From NCBI GenBank assembly GCA_963725095.1, contig CAVRXJ010000025.1:407949-471948 (forward strand): a stretch of DNA of 64,000 nucleotides. The letters run 5' to 3'. Position 1 is the stretch's first letter, and each line of letters starts with the position of its first letter. This DNA is from an uncultured Acidobacteriota bacterium (GTDB lineage: Bacteria > Acidobacteriota > Thermoanaerobaculia > UBA5066 > Gp7-AA6). The notes under the pieces are model-generated. The model was not told where the DNA came from, searched no databases, and was given only the letters and a program-made list of their open reading frames with translations. The position numbers were made by a program, and so were the translations under genes. Shown here piece by piece: positions 12,241 to 23,559 of the stretch.

Positions 12241-13554
12241 TTGCAAGTCGCGGCGGTTCTCGGCGGGCAGTGGGGAGACGAAGGCAAGGGGAAGATCGTC
12301 GATCTTCTCGCCGACCGATTCCAGGTGATCGCGCGCTACCACGGCGGCCACAACGCCGGGCACACGGTCAAGTTCGGCGACCGGCATTTCGCGCTCCACC
12401 TCCTGCCCGCCGGGATCGTGCGGGGCCAGAAGAGCGTCATCGGTCCCGGCGTGGTCGTCGCCCCCGACGCCCTCCTCGGCGAGATCGGAGCAGCTTCGCC
12501 GGGAGGGGATCCAGATCGGCTCAAACCTGCTGCTCTCCGATCGGGCGCAGGTGATCCTCCCCTACCACCGCCTGCTCGACGCGGCCCGGGAGTCGGCGGC
12601 CGGCGACGCGAAGATCGGGACGACCCTTCGGGGCATCGGGCCGGCGTACGAGTCCGCCGCCGCCCGCAAGGGGGTGCGGGTCGCCGAGCTCTACCGCCCG
12701 GCCACCCTGCGCGAGCGCGTCGCGAGCCTCGAGGCCGAGACCGGGGCGCTCGCGCGCGCGCTCGGAGCCCGCGATGTCCCCGCGGCGGCCGCGGTCGTCG
12801 AGGAGCTGGAGCGGGCCGGAGAGAAGCTTCGCCCCCACGTGGCGGACACCGGCCGCTACCTGCGCGATCACTTGAAGGCCGGCGGGACGCTGCTTGCCGA
12901 AGGCGCGCATGGCGCCATGCTCGACATCTCGGCCGGAACGTACCCCTTCGTCACGTCCTCGCACTGCACCTCGGCGGCGGTGGCCTCGGGCCTGTCGATT
13001 TCGCCGCGCGCGCTCGATTCCGCTCTCGTCGTCCTCAAGGCCTACACGACCCGCGTGGGAGGAGGCCCCTTCCCGACGGAGCTTTCGGACGCCACGGGAG
13101 AGCACCTGCGCGCCCGAGGCAACGAGTACGGCACCTCCACCGGTCGTCCGAGGCGCACCGGCTGGTTCGACGCCGTGGTCGGCCGCACCGCCGTCGAGCT
13201 CTCGGGCGCCGACGCCATCGCGATCACGAAACTCGACGTGCTCGACGGATTGGAGGAGATCCCGGTGTGTGTCGCGCTACCGGCTCGACGGCCGGGAACT
13301 CTCGGATCTCCCCGCCCTCGTCGAAGACACGGCGCGCCTCGAGCCGGTCTATGAGAGGCGTCCGGGCTGGAAGACGAAGACCACGGGCGTGACCCGGTAC
13401 GAAGATCTCCCCGCCGCCGCACGCGACTACGTTCGGTACGTCGAGGAGCGCGTCGGGGCCCCGGCCGTTTTCCTCTCGACCGGCCCTCGCCGCGAGGAGA
13501 CCGATCTGGCGGGAGGACTCCGCGTTCGTCCGCGGACTCCCGAAGGCCCCGTAG
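12241..13554 (+). CDS. purA: adenylosuccinate synthetase; frame breaks near ~12485, ~13270 and ~13500
   Basis: P-loop-like [14 protein letters not shown] is in ORF 12241.. (TTG start). The middle section [10 protein letters not shown]...[13 protein letters not shown]...VTSS...[15 protein letters not shown]...[14 protein letters not shown] is in ORF 12551... The tail YERRPGWKT...[10 protein letters not shown] is in ORF 12894... The inferred stop is TAG 13552-13554. Confidence 0.9.
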
Positions 13555-13606
13555 GCCTCAAGCCCTGCCGGGCCGCGGCGCCGCCGTATACTCCAGATTC
13601 CCCGGC

Positions 13607-13682
13607 GGGCCGTTAGCTCAGCCGGTAGAGCATCGGCCTTTTAAGCCGGTGGTCGTGGGTTCGAGTCCCACACGGCCCACCA
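13607..13682 (+). tRNA. tRNA-Lys (anticodon UUU)
   Basis: Manual cloverleaf: acceptor gggccgt/acggccc, D-arm agctcagccggtagagc, anticodon loop cuUUUaa, T-arm gtgggttcgagtcccac, discriminator A, and an encoded CCA. Confidence 0.9.
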
Positions 13683-13823
13683 AAGTGCCATCTGGCGGCT
13701 TCAAACCGCGCGAAAAGCGCCGGCCGGTTTGGTTAGAATTTCCTACGGGTCCTTGCACGTTATCCAGTCACGCTGACAATGGCTCTGGCGGGTTCCGGAC
13801 GTCCGTTCCCGCATGAAAGGGAA

Positions 13824-16444
13824 ATGACCATTTCGAGACCCTGCCGATCCTTGACAGCGGCAGGCGCCATTGCGCTCGCAGCTCTGCTCGCTGGGGCGTC
13901 GGAAGCGCAGGCTCAGGGCTCCGTCTCGACGGACGACGGCCTTTCCGTGTCTCTGTCCGCCTCCGGAGCCGTGACCCGTCTGCTCGTCGACGGTGTCGAC
14001 CATGCCTCGGCGCGTCTGCCCTCCGGCTTCACGTTTCGAGAGCTTCCCGCCGAAGCCGCTGACGTCGTGCCCAACGGTTCCTTCGAATCGGGCTCGGGAT
14101 CGCCGGCTGCCTGGTCGTGGACCGATGACGCCGCAGGCACCTGGGTCTGGAATTCCGGCGTCTCGAGTCAAGGCAACCGATCCATGAGGGTCAACGTTCC
14201 GGGCCCGAGCGCAAAGCGTAGCCCGCCGCTGATTTCGGCCGATTTTCCGATCCGCCCCAATACACCGTATCGCTTCTCATGCCGCATGCGAACCGAGGGG
14301 CTCTCCTCGGCACTTAACTTCTTCGTCTTCGAGAGAGACGCCACTGGGGTTCTCGTGCGTCGCCAGGTTTCGAGCGGTTCCGGAACCAACGACTGGGCGA
14401 CACGGGAGCTCACATTCACCTCGGGGCCGACGGCCGTCTCGGGGTACTTCCGCGGGGAGATCTTCAGCGGGTCCGGTACGGCCTGGTTGGACCAGGTTGA
14501 GATGCTCGATCTCTTCGCGGGCCGGACTCCGTCGTCGTTCGGCGGACAGATCGCACCGACTGCGAATGGAGGCTTCACCCAGACGGCTGCCGCGGAGGGA
14601 CTCAATCTGACGGCTAGCTTCGTCAATGTCGGCAATGCAATCCAGGTGGACGCGACGCTATCTGACGTGACCGGCAGGGACCGGGCCGTCGAGCTTTCCT
14701 TCGGCCTCCCGATCGAGTTGTCCGGCGCTTTCTGGGAGCAGAACCCCGTGACGACGCGAGCGATCTTCGCGGGGACGCGCTACGAGAATCTCGACACGGC
14801 CTCCGGGGCCCAGGCGCACTCCCTCTATCCATTCGCGACGATTCGGAATGCGGAAGCGGCCCTGACGCTCGCCACCCCGATGGTTCCGCAGATGAACAGG
14901 TTTACGTATGACCTGGAGACAGGATTCCGGCTCACCTGGGATTTGGGCCTCTCAGCGGCCGCCATCCGGACACCCTCCCGGGCTACGATCAGGTTCTGGA
15001 TTTACAGCCAGGAGACCCGATGGGGCTTTCGATCTGCCGCTCAGAAGTACGGGCTCCTGGCTCCAAACGACTTCGTCTCCGCTTACGGAGGAGCGGACTC
15101 GGGGGCCTGGGTGATTCCGGCGGGAGGCGAGAGCATTCAAAGCGTCGCCGGCTTCCGCGACTTCGGATGGCAGTTCTACGAGGGGATCGCAGATGTCGCG
15201 TTCGCCAACGCCAACCGAATCTCCGTGATGCACTACGTGGACCCTTCCGGTTACTTCCGTCTGTTTCCCGGCTACACGACACAGCCCGATTACGACGTCC
15301 TCGTCTCGTCTCTCGAGGCCGATGCCGCCAAGGGGACCGGGACGCTCCAGGATGGGGTCCCTCGTTCGGAAATGGCTCGCGCGACGATCGCATCTTCGCC
15401 CTGGAACGAGGAGGGCCGATATCAGCTGTTCCCGTCGCTCTGGTATGGCGATCGCTTGCAGATCTACCCGGCGTCACCCGATCCCGACATCCCCGCTCCG
15501 AGCCTGTGGAACGTCCTGACCCGGTACAACGTCGACGGGCGACTCGAATGGGCCCGGGAGCGCGACTACCAGGTGGACGGCATCTTTCTCGACGACCTGA
15601 CCTCGACGATGGCGGCGATCGAGAACTACCGCCGCGACCTCTGGGCGTACAGCGACGCCCCCCTCACTTTCTCGTGGAAGACACAGCGCGTCATGCTTCT
15701 CGACGGTTTCTCCATGGCCGAGTTCTGCGCGGGCTTTCCGGTCCGAGGTCCACCAAAGATCCCTTCTGCTCATGGGCAGCCTGAATCCCCGCGTCTACGT
15801 GTGGTTTGCGCCGCACCTGGACGTCCTCGGGGGCGAGGCGCAGGGAGCGGAGTCGTACGAAAGCGCCTACGTCCGCCGCGTGCTCGGCGCGGGCCGCCCT
15901 TGGAGCAATCTCTTTGTTCCAGCCGACAAGACTCGCTCCGGACTGCCGCCGAGGTGCTCGCATACCTGCGCCAGGCGCTCCTGCTCGGGTACTTTCCGGG
16001 ATTCAACGGCGCCTACTGGACGGAGCCGAGCGCGTACGAGCGCGACCGCCATCTCTTTCGCATGTATATCCCGTTGATTCGCACGGTCGTTGCCGCGGCG
16101 GCTGGCGACCGATCAACGGTACGACTCCCTCCGACCCGGCCATCTTCGTTGAACGTTTCGATGACGAGAGAGGAAGGGTGTTCTACCTGACGGCGCAGAA
16201 TTCCAGCGCCGCGGCGAAGAGCGTCCAGCTCGCGCTCGACAACGGAACCCTCGGCATTCAGGAGGGACCTGTTAGCGTTCGGGAGCTCGTGCGCGGCAAG
16301 GAGATTTCACCGACCCTTTCAGCCACGGATGTTCGCTTCGCCGACACGATCGCGCCGGGCGAGACGGTCGTCTATCGCGTCACCGCATCACGGGCATCGG
16401 GCCCCGACCGACCGGCGACCCGCCGCATCGCTCCGCGAAACTGA
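13824..16444 (+). CDS. secreted hypothetical protein with an N-terminal CBM4/9-like sugar-binding module and a possible glycoside-hydrolase-like domain; 3 frame breaks (~15750, ~15925, ~16105)
   Basis: Signal peptide MTISRPCRSLTAAGAIALAALLAGASEAQAQ. The stretch VVPNGSFESGSGSPAAWSW...GNRSMRV...YRFSCRMRTEG...AWLDQVEM resembles a CBM beta-sandwich. Later come VDGIFLDDLTS and GYFPGFNGAYW. The pieces lie in ORFs 13779.., 15772.. and 15806... Confidence 0.55.
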
Positions 16445-16503
16445 CGAGGCGGTAGCCTTCCGCCGACGCAGCTATATAGCGAGTGATATAGTCGGGCCGG
16501 TCC

Positions 16504-17225
16504 ATGAAACCCATCGGTTCGGACCGGGTGGAGCGGGCACCCGATGGCACTGGGTTCTGACCTGCTCGACGTCCAAGGGCTGGATCGGCCGTCAGCCGAG
16601 GACGCTCGTCTCGCCCGAGTTTCCCGGTACCGCTGTTCGCTGGGAGGGCGCGCTCTTCGAGGTGCTGCGGGTCGAGGCGCACGCCGACGGCGGCGTCCGG
16701 TACCGCCTCAGCACCCTGGGAGAGCCGGCACGCGGCGCGGGCGGTCGCGACGCTACGACGACGGCAAACGAAGTCGGCACGACAGGCCGAACAGGCACCG
16801 ACGTCGGCGCGCCGTTCGGAAGAAACGCTGGAGCCTCGTGCTGGCTCCGCTGGCCGGCCACCTGCCGGCCAGGGTTCAGCGCCGCATGGAAAGCGAGCTC
16901 GGCTCCCCGGCCCGATTCCTGACGATCGCCTCCGCCCTTCCCCTGCTCGTTCTCGGCGTGCTCGGCCTCGTGGCCTTTCTCCTCGCCTCCTTCGGCGGCG
17001 GGGACGCCGTGTTCTCCGGATGGCCGATCCCTCCGCTCCCGGTCGCCGTCTTCCTCTTTCTCGAGTCCGCGGCGAGGCTCGCCATCGCTTTCGTCCACGG
17101 CGAGCCGATGGGCTCGGTCGCCGGCGGCGTCCTCTACGCCGGCTGGCTCGGAACGTGCAAGCTCCTCGCAGCGACGGTCGCGACGGTATGCTTCGCCCCG
17201 GACCCCGAAGCTCCCGCGCCCGTGA
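16504..17225 (+). CDS. hypothetical membrane protein (several frame breaks)
   Basis: ATG 16504 gives MKPIGSDRVERAPDG. The sequence continues VLTCSTSKGWIGRQPRTLVSPEFPGTAVRWEGALFEVLRVEAHADGGVRYRL in ORF 16329... The TM half LAPLAGHLPARVQRRMESELGSPARFLTIASALPLLVLGVLGLVAFLL is in ORF 16544... The end is inferred from TGA 17223-17225 just before the next RBS. Confidence 0.4.
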
Positions 17226-17236
17226 AGGAGGAACCG

Positions 17237-17628
17237 ATGAGACTCTCCCGATTCGCCTTGCCCGCCACCCTGGCCCTGCTCTCGCCGCGACCGTCGTCGC
17301 GCGGGCTCAGGATCCCGCTCCCGCCTCGGAGCCGCGCAAGATCACCGTCACCGCCAAGAAGTACGAGTTCAACCCGTCGAAGATCGAGCTCAAAGTCGGC
17401 GAACCCGTGGAGATCACCTTCGTGGCCGAGGACACGACGCATGGCTTCTCCTGCAAGGAGCTCGGCGTCGACAAAGTCGTCTTCGAGAAGGACAAGCCGG
17501 CCACTGTGAAGCTGACGCCCGAGAAACCCGGGACCTATGCGTTCAAGTGCGCCAAGTTCTGCGGCTTCGGGCACGGGAAGATGAAGGGCGAAATCGTCGT
17601 GACGGCCCCGGAGCCCGCCTCCCCCTAA
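17237..17628 (+). CDS. small secreted cupredoxin-domain protein with a CuA-type ligand pattern; frame break near ~17290
   Basis: GAAGGAGGA sits 6 nt upstream of ATG 17237, which gives the signal peptide [16 protein letters not shown]. The domain in ORF 17020..17628 reads [39 protein letters not shown]...[24 protein letters not shown]. Confidence 0.7.
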
Positions 17629-19178
17629 TCAAGCAGGCGCGGAGCCCCGTTCGGGGATCGTCTCCCCGTCCACCGGAGTTCCGGTCGGGCCTCCCGAGGG
17701 CAGCAGGCCGATCAAACTCCGGATCGGCTTGGCGAGGATCAACACGACCAGACCGCCGCCGCCGATGACCTTCGCGACCGAGCCGAAGAGAGCCGGCAGC
17801 GGCATGGAAGCGAATCCTCCGGCCACGAGCCCGGCGATCAGGTTCCCGAGCGCGGTGCCCATGAACCAGACGCCCATCATCTGGCCGACGAGCCGCCGTG
17901 GCGAAAGCTTCGTCACCGCGCTCAGGCCCACGGGGCTCACGCAGAGCTCCCCAACGGCGCTCAAGACGTAGAAGGACACGAGCCAGCCGGGCCCGACCTT
18001 GTTGGCTCCTCCGTGCGTCGAGACGGCGCCCCAGGCCATGACCAGGAATCCCATGGCCATCGCGAGGAGTCCGTAGGCGAGCTTGGCGGGAAGCGAAGGC
18101 TCGTGCGAGCGCAGACGCACCCAGAGCGCGCCGAACACCGGAGCGAAGAAGATGACGAGGATCGACTCCACGGGAAGGAACCACGAGGCCGGCATCTCCC
18201 AGCCCCCGATCATCCGATCCGTGAGGCGGGAGGCGAAGAGATTCATGGAGGAGCCGGCCTGCTCGAAACCCGACCAGAAGAGGGCGGAGGCAGCGAAGAA
18301 GACGAAGATGACGGCCACCCGCTTCTTTTCGGACGTCGTCAGGCGTCCGAAAAGCAGCAGGTATGCGAAGTAGAGGAGAACGATCGCGAGGATGATCACG
18401 CCCGTCGATTGGGCGACGCCGGGCAGCGTCATGTGGATCAGGCCCGCCCGCTGAAGCAGGGCGAGGAGGACGGCGATTCCCGCCAGGCTCGAAACGGCGA
18501 CCAGCAAGCTGCCGCACCGCCTTTCGCCGGACGGCGTCTTCCTCGGCCCCGGCTTTCCGCATACCGGCCTGGCCCAGGTACTTGCCGCCGAGCTTGTACT
18601 GAACCAGCCCCAGGATCATTCCGACGCCCGCCGCTCCGAAGCCGATGTGCCAGTTGATGCGCTCGCCGAGAAACCCGCAGACGAGCGGGCCGATGAACGC
18701 GCCCGTGTTGATGCCGGAATAGAAGACGGAGAAGCCGGCGTCCCGTCGCGCGCCGCCTTCGGGGTAGAGGTCACCCACGATCGCGCTGACATTGGGCTTG
18801 AGCAGTCCGGTGCCGCAGACGATCAGGCAGAGGCCCAGGTAGAAGGTCGGCACGGCGGCAATGGCCATCGAGAAGTGACCCGCCGCGATGATGCAGCCGC
18901 CCGACGAAGACCGCGTTGCGTTGACCCAGGATCCGGTCGGCGATCCACCCGCCCGGCAGCGCGAAGAGGTAGACGCACGCGACGTACAGCCCGTAGATCG
19001 CCGCGGCGGAGCCGTCCGTCATTCCAAACCCGCCGTCGCGCACCGAGGCGACCAGGAACAGGATGAGCAGACCGCGCATCCCGTAGTAGCTGAACCGCTC
19101 CCACATCTCGGTGAAGAAGAGCGTCGAGAGGCCTCGCGGATGGCCGAACCACTTCGCGGCCGACGGCAAGTTGCTCAT
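17629..19178 (-). CDS. POT/PTR2 family di-/tripeptide:proton symporter; frame breaks near ~18510 and ~18880
   Basis: The N-terminus [42 protein letters not shown] carries the POT signature ExxERFxYYG. The middle is in ORF 17543..18868 and the C-terminal half in ORF 17629..18507. Confidence 0.85.
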
Positions 19179-19229
19179 GACGCGCACTCTACACAAGTTC
19201 CGCCCGAACGGACGCGCTACAGTGTTGGC

Positions 19230-21198
19230 GTGCACGCCCCGGACTTTCTCGCACCGCTCGTGCTGGTGCTCGCGGCCGCCCTGGCGTCGGCCTACTCTGC
19301 TCACACGCCTGCGCCAGCCGCCCCTGATCGGCTTCCTTCTGGCGGGCGCCCTCCTCGGGCCCTTCGGCCTCGGCCTCGAGACCAACGTCCGCGCCGTCGA
19401 TAGCCTCGCGGAGGTCGGCGTCATCCTGCTGCTCTTCACGGTCGGCCTCGAGTTCGAGCTGCCCAGCCTGAAGCGCCTCGGGACGGCTCGCCTGGATCGC
19501 CGGACCGATCCAGCTCGTCGGCACGATCGCGCTCGTCGCCGCCGTCGGCACGCTCGCCGGCTACGGTCTGCGCCGCAGCGTGTTCTTCGGCTTCCTCGTC
19601 GCACTCTCCTCGACGGCGATCGTCCTGACGCTCCTGATGGAGACGGCACGAGATGGACACGCCCCACGGGCGATTGCTGCTCGGCATCCTGATCGTCCAG
19701 GATCTCGCGGTCGTGCCGATGATGCTCGCGATCCCGGCGCTGGCGGGGGGCGCCGGCAGGGGGCTGCCCGACGCTCTGGCGGCGCTCGGAAAGACGGCCG
19801 CCACGGCGGCGCTGCTGGTCCTGGCGGCGCGCTTCGCCGTGCCGCGCCTGTTGCGCGCCCTGGCCGGCACGCGGCAGAAGGCCATCTTCGTCGTCGCCGT
19901 GCTCCTTCTCGTCTTCGGGACGGCGCTCGCCGCCTCCCGGGCGGGACTCTCGGCGGCGCTGGGAGCCTTCCTCGCCGGACTCGTCATCTCCGAATCGGAG
20001 TATGGCCACCAGGCGATGGCCGACGTCCTGCCCTTCCGCGACGCCTTCAACGCCCTCTTCTTCGTCTCGATCGGCATGCTGTTCGACCCGCGCATCCTCT
20101 CGTCGGAGCCGGTCCTCGTCGGCGTTCTGCTCCTCCTGATCCTCGTCGGCAAGACGGCATTCAGCGCGCTGCCCGTGCGCCTGCTCGGATACGGGCTCGG
20201 CGTGGCGACGGTCGTGGGCCTGACGCTCGCGCAGATCGGCGAGTTCTCCTTCATCCTGCTCAAGCAGGGCCAGAGCGCCAACCTGATCTCGCCCGAGCTC
20301 TATCAGGCCTTCCTCGGCGCCGCGATCGTCTCGATGGCCGTGACGCCCTGGATCTCCGAGCGCAGCCATGCCTTCGCCGAGCGGATCTCCCGCTCCCACG
20401 GCGCCGCGTTCCCACGGCGCCGGCCCGGCGCCGCCCTCGTCCGGCCACGTGATCGTCCTCGGTTTCGGCCACACGGGAGAGACGCTGGCGCGCGTGCTCG
20501 AACGGGCCAGGGTCCCCATTCGCGTTCTGGACCTGCACCCCGACCGGGTCGCCCGGGCGAAGGCCCTGGGCACGCCGATCGAGTTCGGCGACGCCGCCAA
20601 CGACCGCGTCCTGAAGCGCGCCGGCATCGACGGCGCGCGCGCGGTTCTCGTCCTGCTCTCCGATCCCCGCGCGACGCGCCGGGTCGTCCGCCTCTGCCGG
20701 AGCCTGAATCCCGGCATCTTCCTTCTGGCGCGCACGAGGTATCTCGACCGAGGTCGCCGAGCTCTCGGCCCTCGGCGCCGACGAGGTCGTTGCGGAGGAG
20801 TTCGAGACGTCGCTCGAGATCGCCGGCCGAACGCTGCGCCGCCTCGGTTTCTCCCTGCCGTGGGTCGAGGCGGAGACCGACGAGATCCGCCGCGCCCGGC
20901 ATGACGCCTTCGGAAGCTTCCGCGCCCCCGAGGCGTCGCCGGAGCAGCTCCGGAGGGCTCTCGGGAAGACGCGCCTCGATCGTCGTCGCCGTCGGGCCCG
21001 GGCTGGGGCGCGGTCGGTCGGTCCCTCCAGCAGCTCAGCCTGCGGGCCCGCGCCGGGGCGAGCGTGCTCGCCGTCATCCGGGACGGAGAGCCGACGGTCT
21101 CACCGGGCGGCGACTTCGCCCTCCAGGACGGCGACCAGGTGCTTCTCCTCGGCACGGAGGCCGCCGTCGAGAAGGGCCTGGAGCTCCTCCGCGGCTGA
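19230..21198 (+). CDS. Kef-type monovalent cation:proton antiporter (CPA2) with C-terminal RCK (TrkA-N/TrkA-C) domains; at least 5 frame breaks
   Basis: The TM core [18 protein letters not shown]...[16 protein letters not shown] and [17 protein letters not shown]...[14 protein letters not shown] lie in ORFs 19111.. and 19653... The Rossmann segment [18 protein letters not shown] is in ORF 20368... The TrkA-C end reads [29 protein letters not shown] when translated manually. Confidence 0.8.
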
Positions 21199-21205
21199 CC
21201 AGCGC

Positions 21206-22498
21206 TCAGGAGGCCGCAAACGCGGCGCCGAGGCTTTCGCCCGCGACACGCGCCGTGCGGCGCAGGTCGGCGTCCGAATGGGCGGTCGAGACGAACCAGG
21301 CCTCGAACTGCGCGGGCGGCAGGAACACGCCTCCTTCGCGCATCGCGTGGAAGAACGCGGCGTAGCGCCTGGTGTCGCTGCGTTTGACCGACGCGAAGTC
21401 GACCATCGGACCCGGACCCAGAAAGAGCGTCAGCAGGGAGCCCACGCGGGTCAGGCACACGCGGTCTCCGAGCCCCCGGGACGCGACGTGCTCGAGGATG
21501 GCACCTTCCAGAAGAGCCCCCTTCCGCTCGAGCTCGGCGTACGGAGGGTGCCGCGCGATCTCCCGCAGCATCGCGATCCCCGCCGACATGGCGAGGGGGT
21601 TCCCCGAGAGCGTCCCCGCCTGGTAGACGGGTCCGACCGGCGCCATCCGCTCCATCAGGTCGCGCGAACCTCCGTAGGCGCCGACCGGAAGCCCGCCTCC
21701 CACGATCTTGCCGAGCGTCGTCAGGTCCGGCGTCACGCCGTAGAGCGCCTGGGCTCCTCCCGCCGCCACGCGAAAGCCGGAGATCACCTCGTCGAAGATC
21801 AGCAGAGCTCCGTGGCGCCGCGTGATCTCCGCCACGGCGGAGAGGTAGCCGGACCGCGGGGGCACGACCCCCATGTTGGCCGCCAGCGGCTCGAGGATGA
21901 ACGCCGCGACCTCTCCGGGAAACCGGCCGAAGGCGTCGTCGAGCGCCCGGGCGTCGTTGTAGGGCACGACCGACGTCAGGGCGGCGAGCTCCTCGGGCAC
22001 GCCGGGGCTGCCCGCGATGGAGAGCGTCGCGACGCCCGAGCCCGCGGCCACGAGGAAGCTGTCGGCGTGGCCGTGGTACCCGCCCTCGACCTTGATGACG
22101 CGCGGGCGCCCGGTCGCGGCGCGGGCCAGCCGGATCGCCGACATCGTGGCTTCGGTCCCGGAGCTGACGAAACGCACCATCTCCATCGACGGAACCATCC
22201 GCGTCACGCGCTCGGCGAGCAGGACCTCGAGCTCGGTCGGAGCGCCGAAGGAAGTCCCGTTCCGCGCGGCGCGCGCGATCGCCCTCTGGACGAAGGCCGG
22301 CCCGTGCCCGAAGAGGTGCGGGCCGTAGGACATGACGTAGTCCAGGTACGACCGGCCGTCCGCGTCCCGCAGCCGCGCGCCCCTGCCCGACCGCACGAAG
22401 AAGGGTGTTCCTCCCACCGAGGCGAACGACCGCACCGGAGAGCTCACGCCTCCCGGCATCAGCCGACTCGCCTTCTGGAAGAGCGCCGCGGATCGCAC
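21206..22498 (-). CDS. hemL: glutamate-1-semialdehyde 2,1-aminomutase
   Basis: Intact 430-aa ORF: [13 protein letters not shown]...[14 protein letters not shown]...[11 protein letters not shown]...[18 protein letters not shown]. Confidence 0.95.
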   Translation of the reverse strand: MRSAALFQKASRLMPGGVSSPVRSFASVGGTPFFVRSGRGARLRDADGRSYLDYVMSYGPHLFGHGPAFVQRAIARAARNGTSFGAPTELEVLLAERVTRMVPSMEMVRFVSSGTEATMSAIRLARAATGRPRVIKVEGGYHGHADSFLVAAGSGVATLSIAGSPGVPEELAALTSVVPYNDARALDDAFGRFPGEVAAFILEPLAANMGVVPPRSGYLSAVAEITRRHGALLIFDEVISGFRVAAGGAQALYGVTPDLTTLGKIVGGGLPVGAYGGSRDLMERMAPVGPVYQAGTLSGNPLAMSAGIAMLREIARHPPYAELERKGALLEGAILEHVASRGLGDRVCLTRVGSLLTLFLGPGPMVDFASVKRSDTRRYAAFFHAMREGGVFLPPAQFEAWFVSTAHSDADLRRTARVAGESLGAAFAAS

Positions 22499-22564
22499 AC
22501 CCTGTCGCCTGCGCGCGCGGCCTCCGTGTCCCGGTCGATGGTTCTTTCGGCGGCGCCCCGCGCG

Positions 22565-23545
22565 TCACGCCTGCCTCAACCACCGGGCGGCATCCCGCGC
22601 GTGGTAGGTGAGGACGAAGTCCGCGCCGGCCCGAACGATGCCGGTCAGGATCTCGAGCACGATCCGCCGCTCGTCGATCCACCCGTTGGCGGCGGCGGCC
22701 TTGACCATCGCGTACTCGCCCGACACGTTGTAGGCGGCGATCGGCGCGTCGAAGCGCTCGCGCGCTTCGCGGATGACGTCGAGGTAGGCCAGGGCGGGCT
22801 TGACCATGACGGCGTCGGCGCCCTCCTCCAGGTCGAGTGCGATTTCGCGCATGGCCTCGCGCCGGTTGCCGGGGTCCATCTGGTAGCCGAGTCGGTCGCC
22901 GGACTTCGGCGCGGAGTCGGCGGCCTCGCGGAACGGGCCGTAGAAGGCCGAGGCGCTCTTGGCGGCATAGGACAGGATCGCGACCTCGGCGAAGCCGTCT
23001 TCGTCGAGCGCCCGCCGGATGGCCGCGACGCGGCCGTCCATCATGTCGGAGGGGGCGACGACGTCCGCGCCGGCGCGCGCGTGCGAGAGGCCGACCTGCG
23101 CGAGCAGCGGCAGCGTGGCGTCGTTGTCCACCGCGCCGTCGCGCAGCACGCCGCAGTGGCCGTGCGAGGTGTACTCGTCCAGGCAGACGTCCGTCATGAC
23201 GACGAGGCCGTCGACTTCCTTCTTCAGCCGCCGCACCGCCTCCTGGACGGCTCCCCTGTCGTCGGACGCCTCGCTGCCCGTTTCGTCCTTCTTCTCCGGA
23301 ATCCCGAACAGGATGACCGCGGGAATGCCGAGCGACCGCAGCTCCTGCGCCTCGGCCACGGCCTCATCCGGCGAAAGGCGGGAGACGCCCGGGAGCGACG
23401 CGATCCCTTCCCTCAGTTTCTTCCCATGACGGACGAAGAGCGGCGCGACGAACCGGTCGGCCGACAGCCGCGTCTCGCGCACGAGGTCCCGCAGGCCGGG
23501 CAGGCGGCGCAGGCGGCGCAGGCGGGTGGTCGGAAAGCTCGTCAC
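22565..23545 (-). CDS. hemB: porphobilinogen synthase (delta-aminolevulinate dehydratase)
   Basis: Intact 326-aa ORF: RLRRLRR...PLFV...[15 protein letters not shown]...PSDMMDGRV...[15 protein letters not shown]...[12 protein letters not shown]...[10 protein letters not shown]. Confidence 0.95.
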   Translation of the reverse strand: MTSFPTTRLRRLRRLPGLRDLVRETRLSADRFVAPLFVRHGKKLREGIASLPGVSRLSPDEAVAEAQELRSLGIPAVILFGIPEKKDETGSEASDDRGAVQEAVRRLKKEVDGLVVMTDVCLDEYTSHGHCGVLRDGAVDNDATLPLLAQVGLSHARAGADVVAPSDMMDGRVAAIRRALDEDGFAEVAILSYAAKSASAFYGPFREAADSAPKSGDRLGYQMDPGNRREAMREIALDLEEGADAVMVKPALAYLDVIREARERFDAPIAAYNVSGEYAMVKAAAANGWIDERRIVLEILTGIVRAGADFVLTYHARDAARWLRQA

Positions 23546-23559
23546 GGAGGGCCGGAAAT

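Noticed and set aside
13607-17628. A tRNA-Lys-anchored integrative island or prophage.
   Set aside because: No integrase, excisionase, transposase or phage gene follows the tRNA. I also could not find a direct repeat of the tRNA 3' end downstream within the window. Only the compositional anomaly of one gene remains, and that is reported separately.
18771-22682. Very long ORFs in the track: 1303 aa at 18771..22682(-), 1295 aa at 40796..44683(-), 991 aa at 32772..35747(+), and 805 aa at 5281..7698(-).
   Set aside because: Large parts of their translations are Arg/Pro/Gly/Ala-rich low-complexity strings. They run antisense to, or out of frame with, clearly recognisable genes such as hemL, kef, the Mo-enzyme and hemN/H/Y. 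Stop-poor alternative frames are expected in very GC-rich DNA. Only short in-frame segments of these ORFs are real gene fragments.
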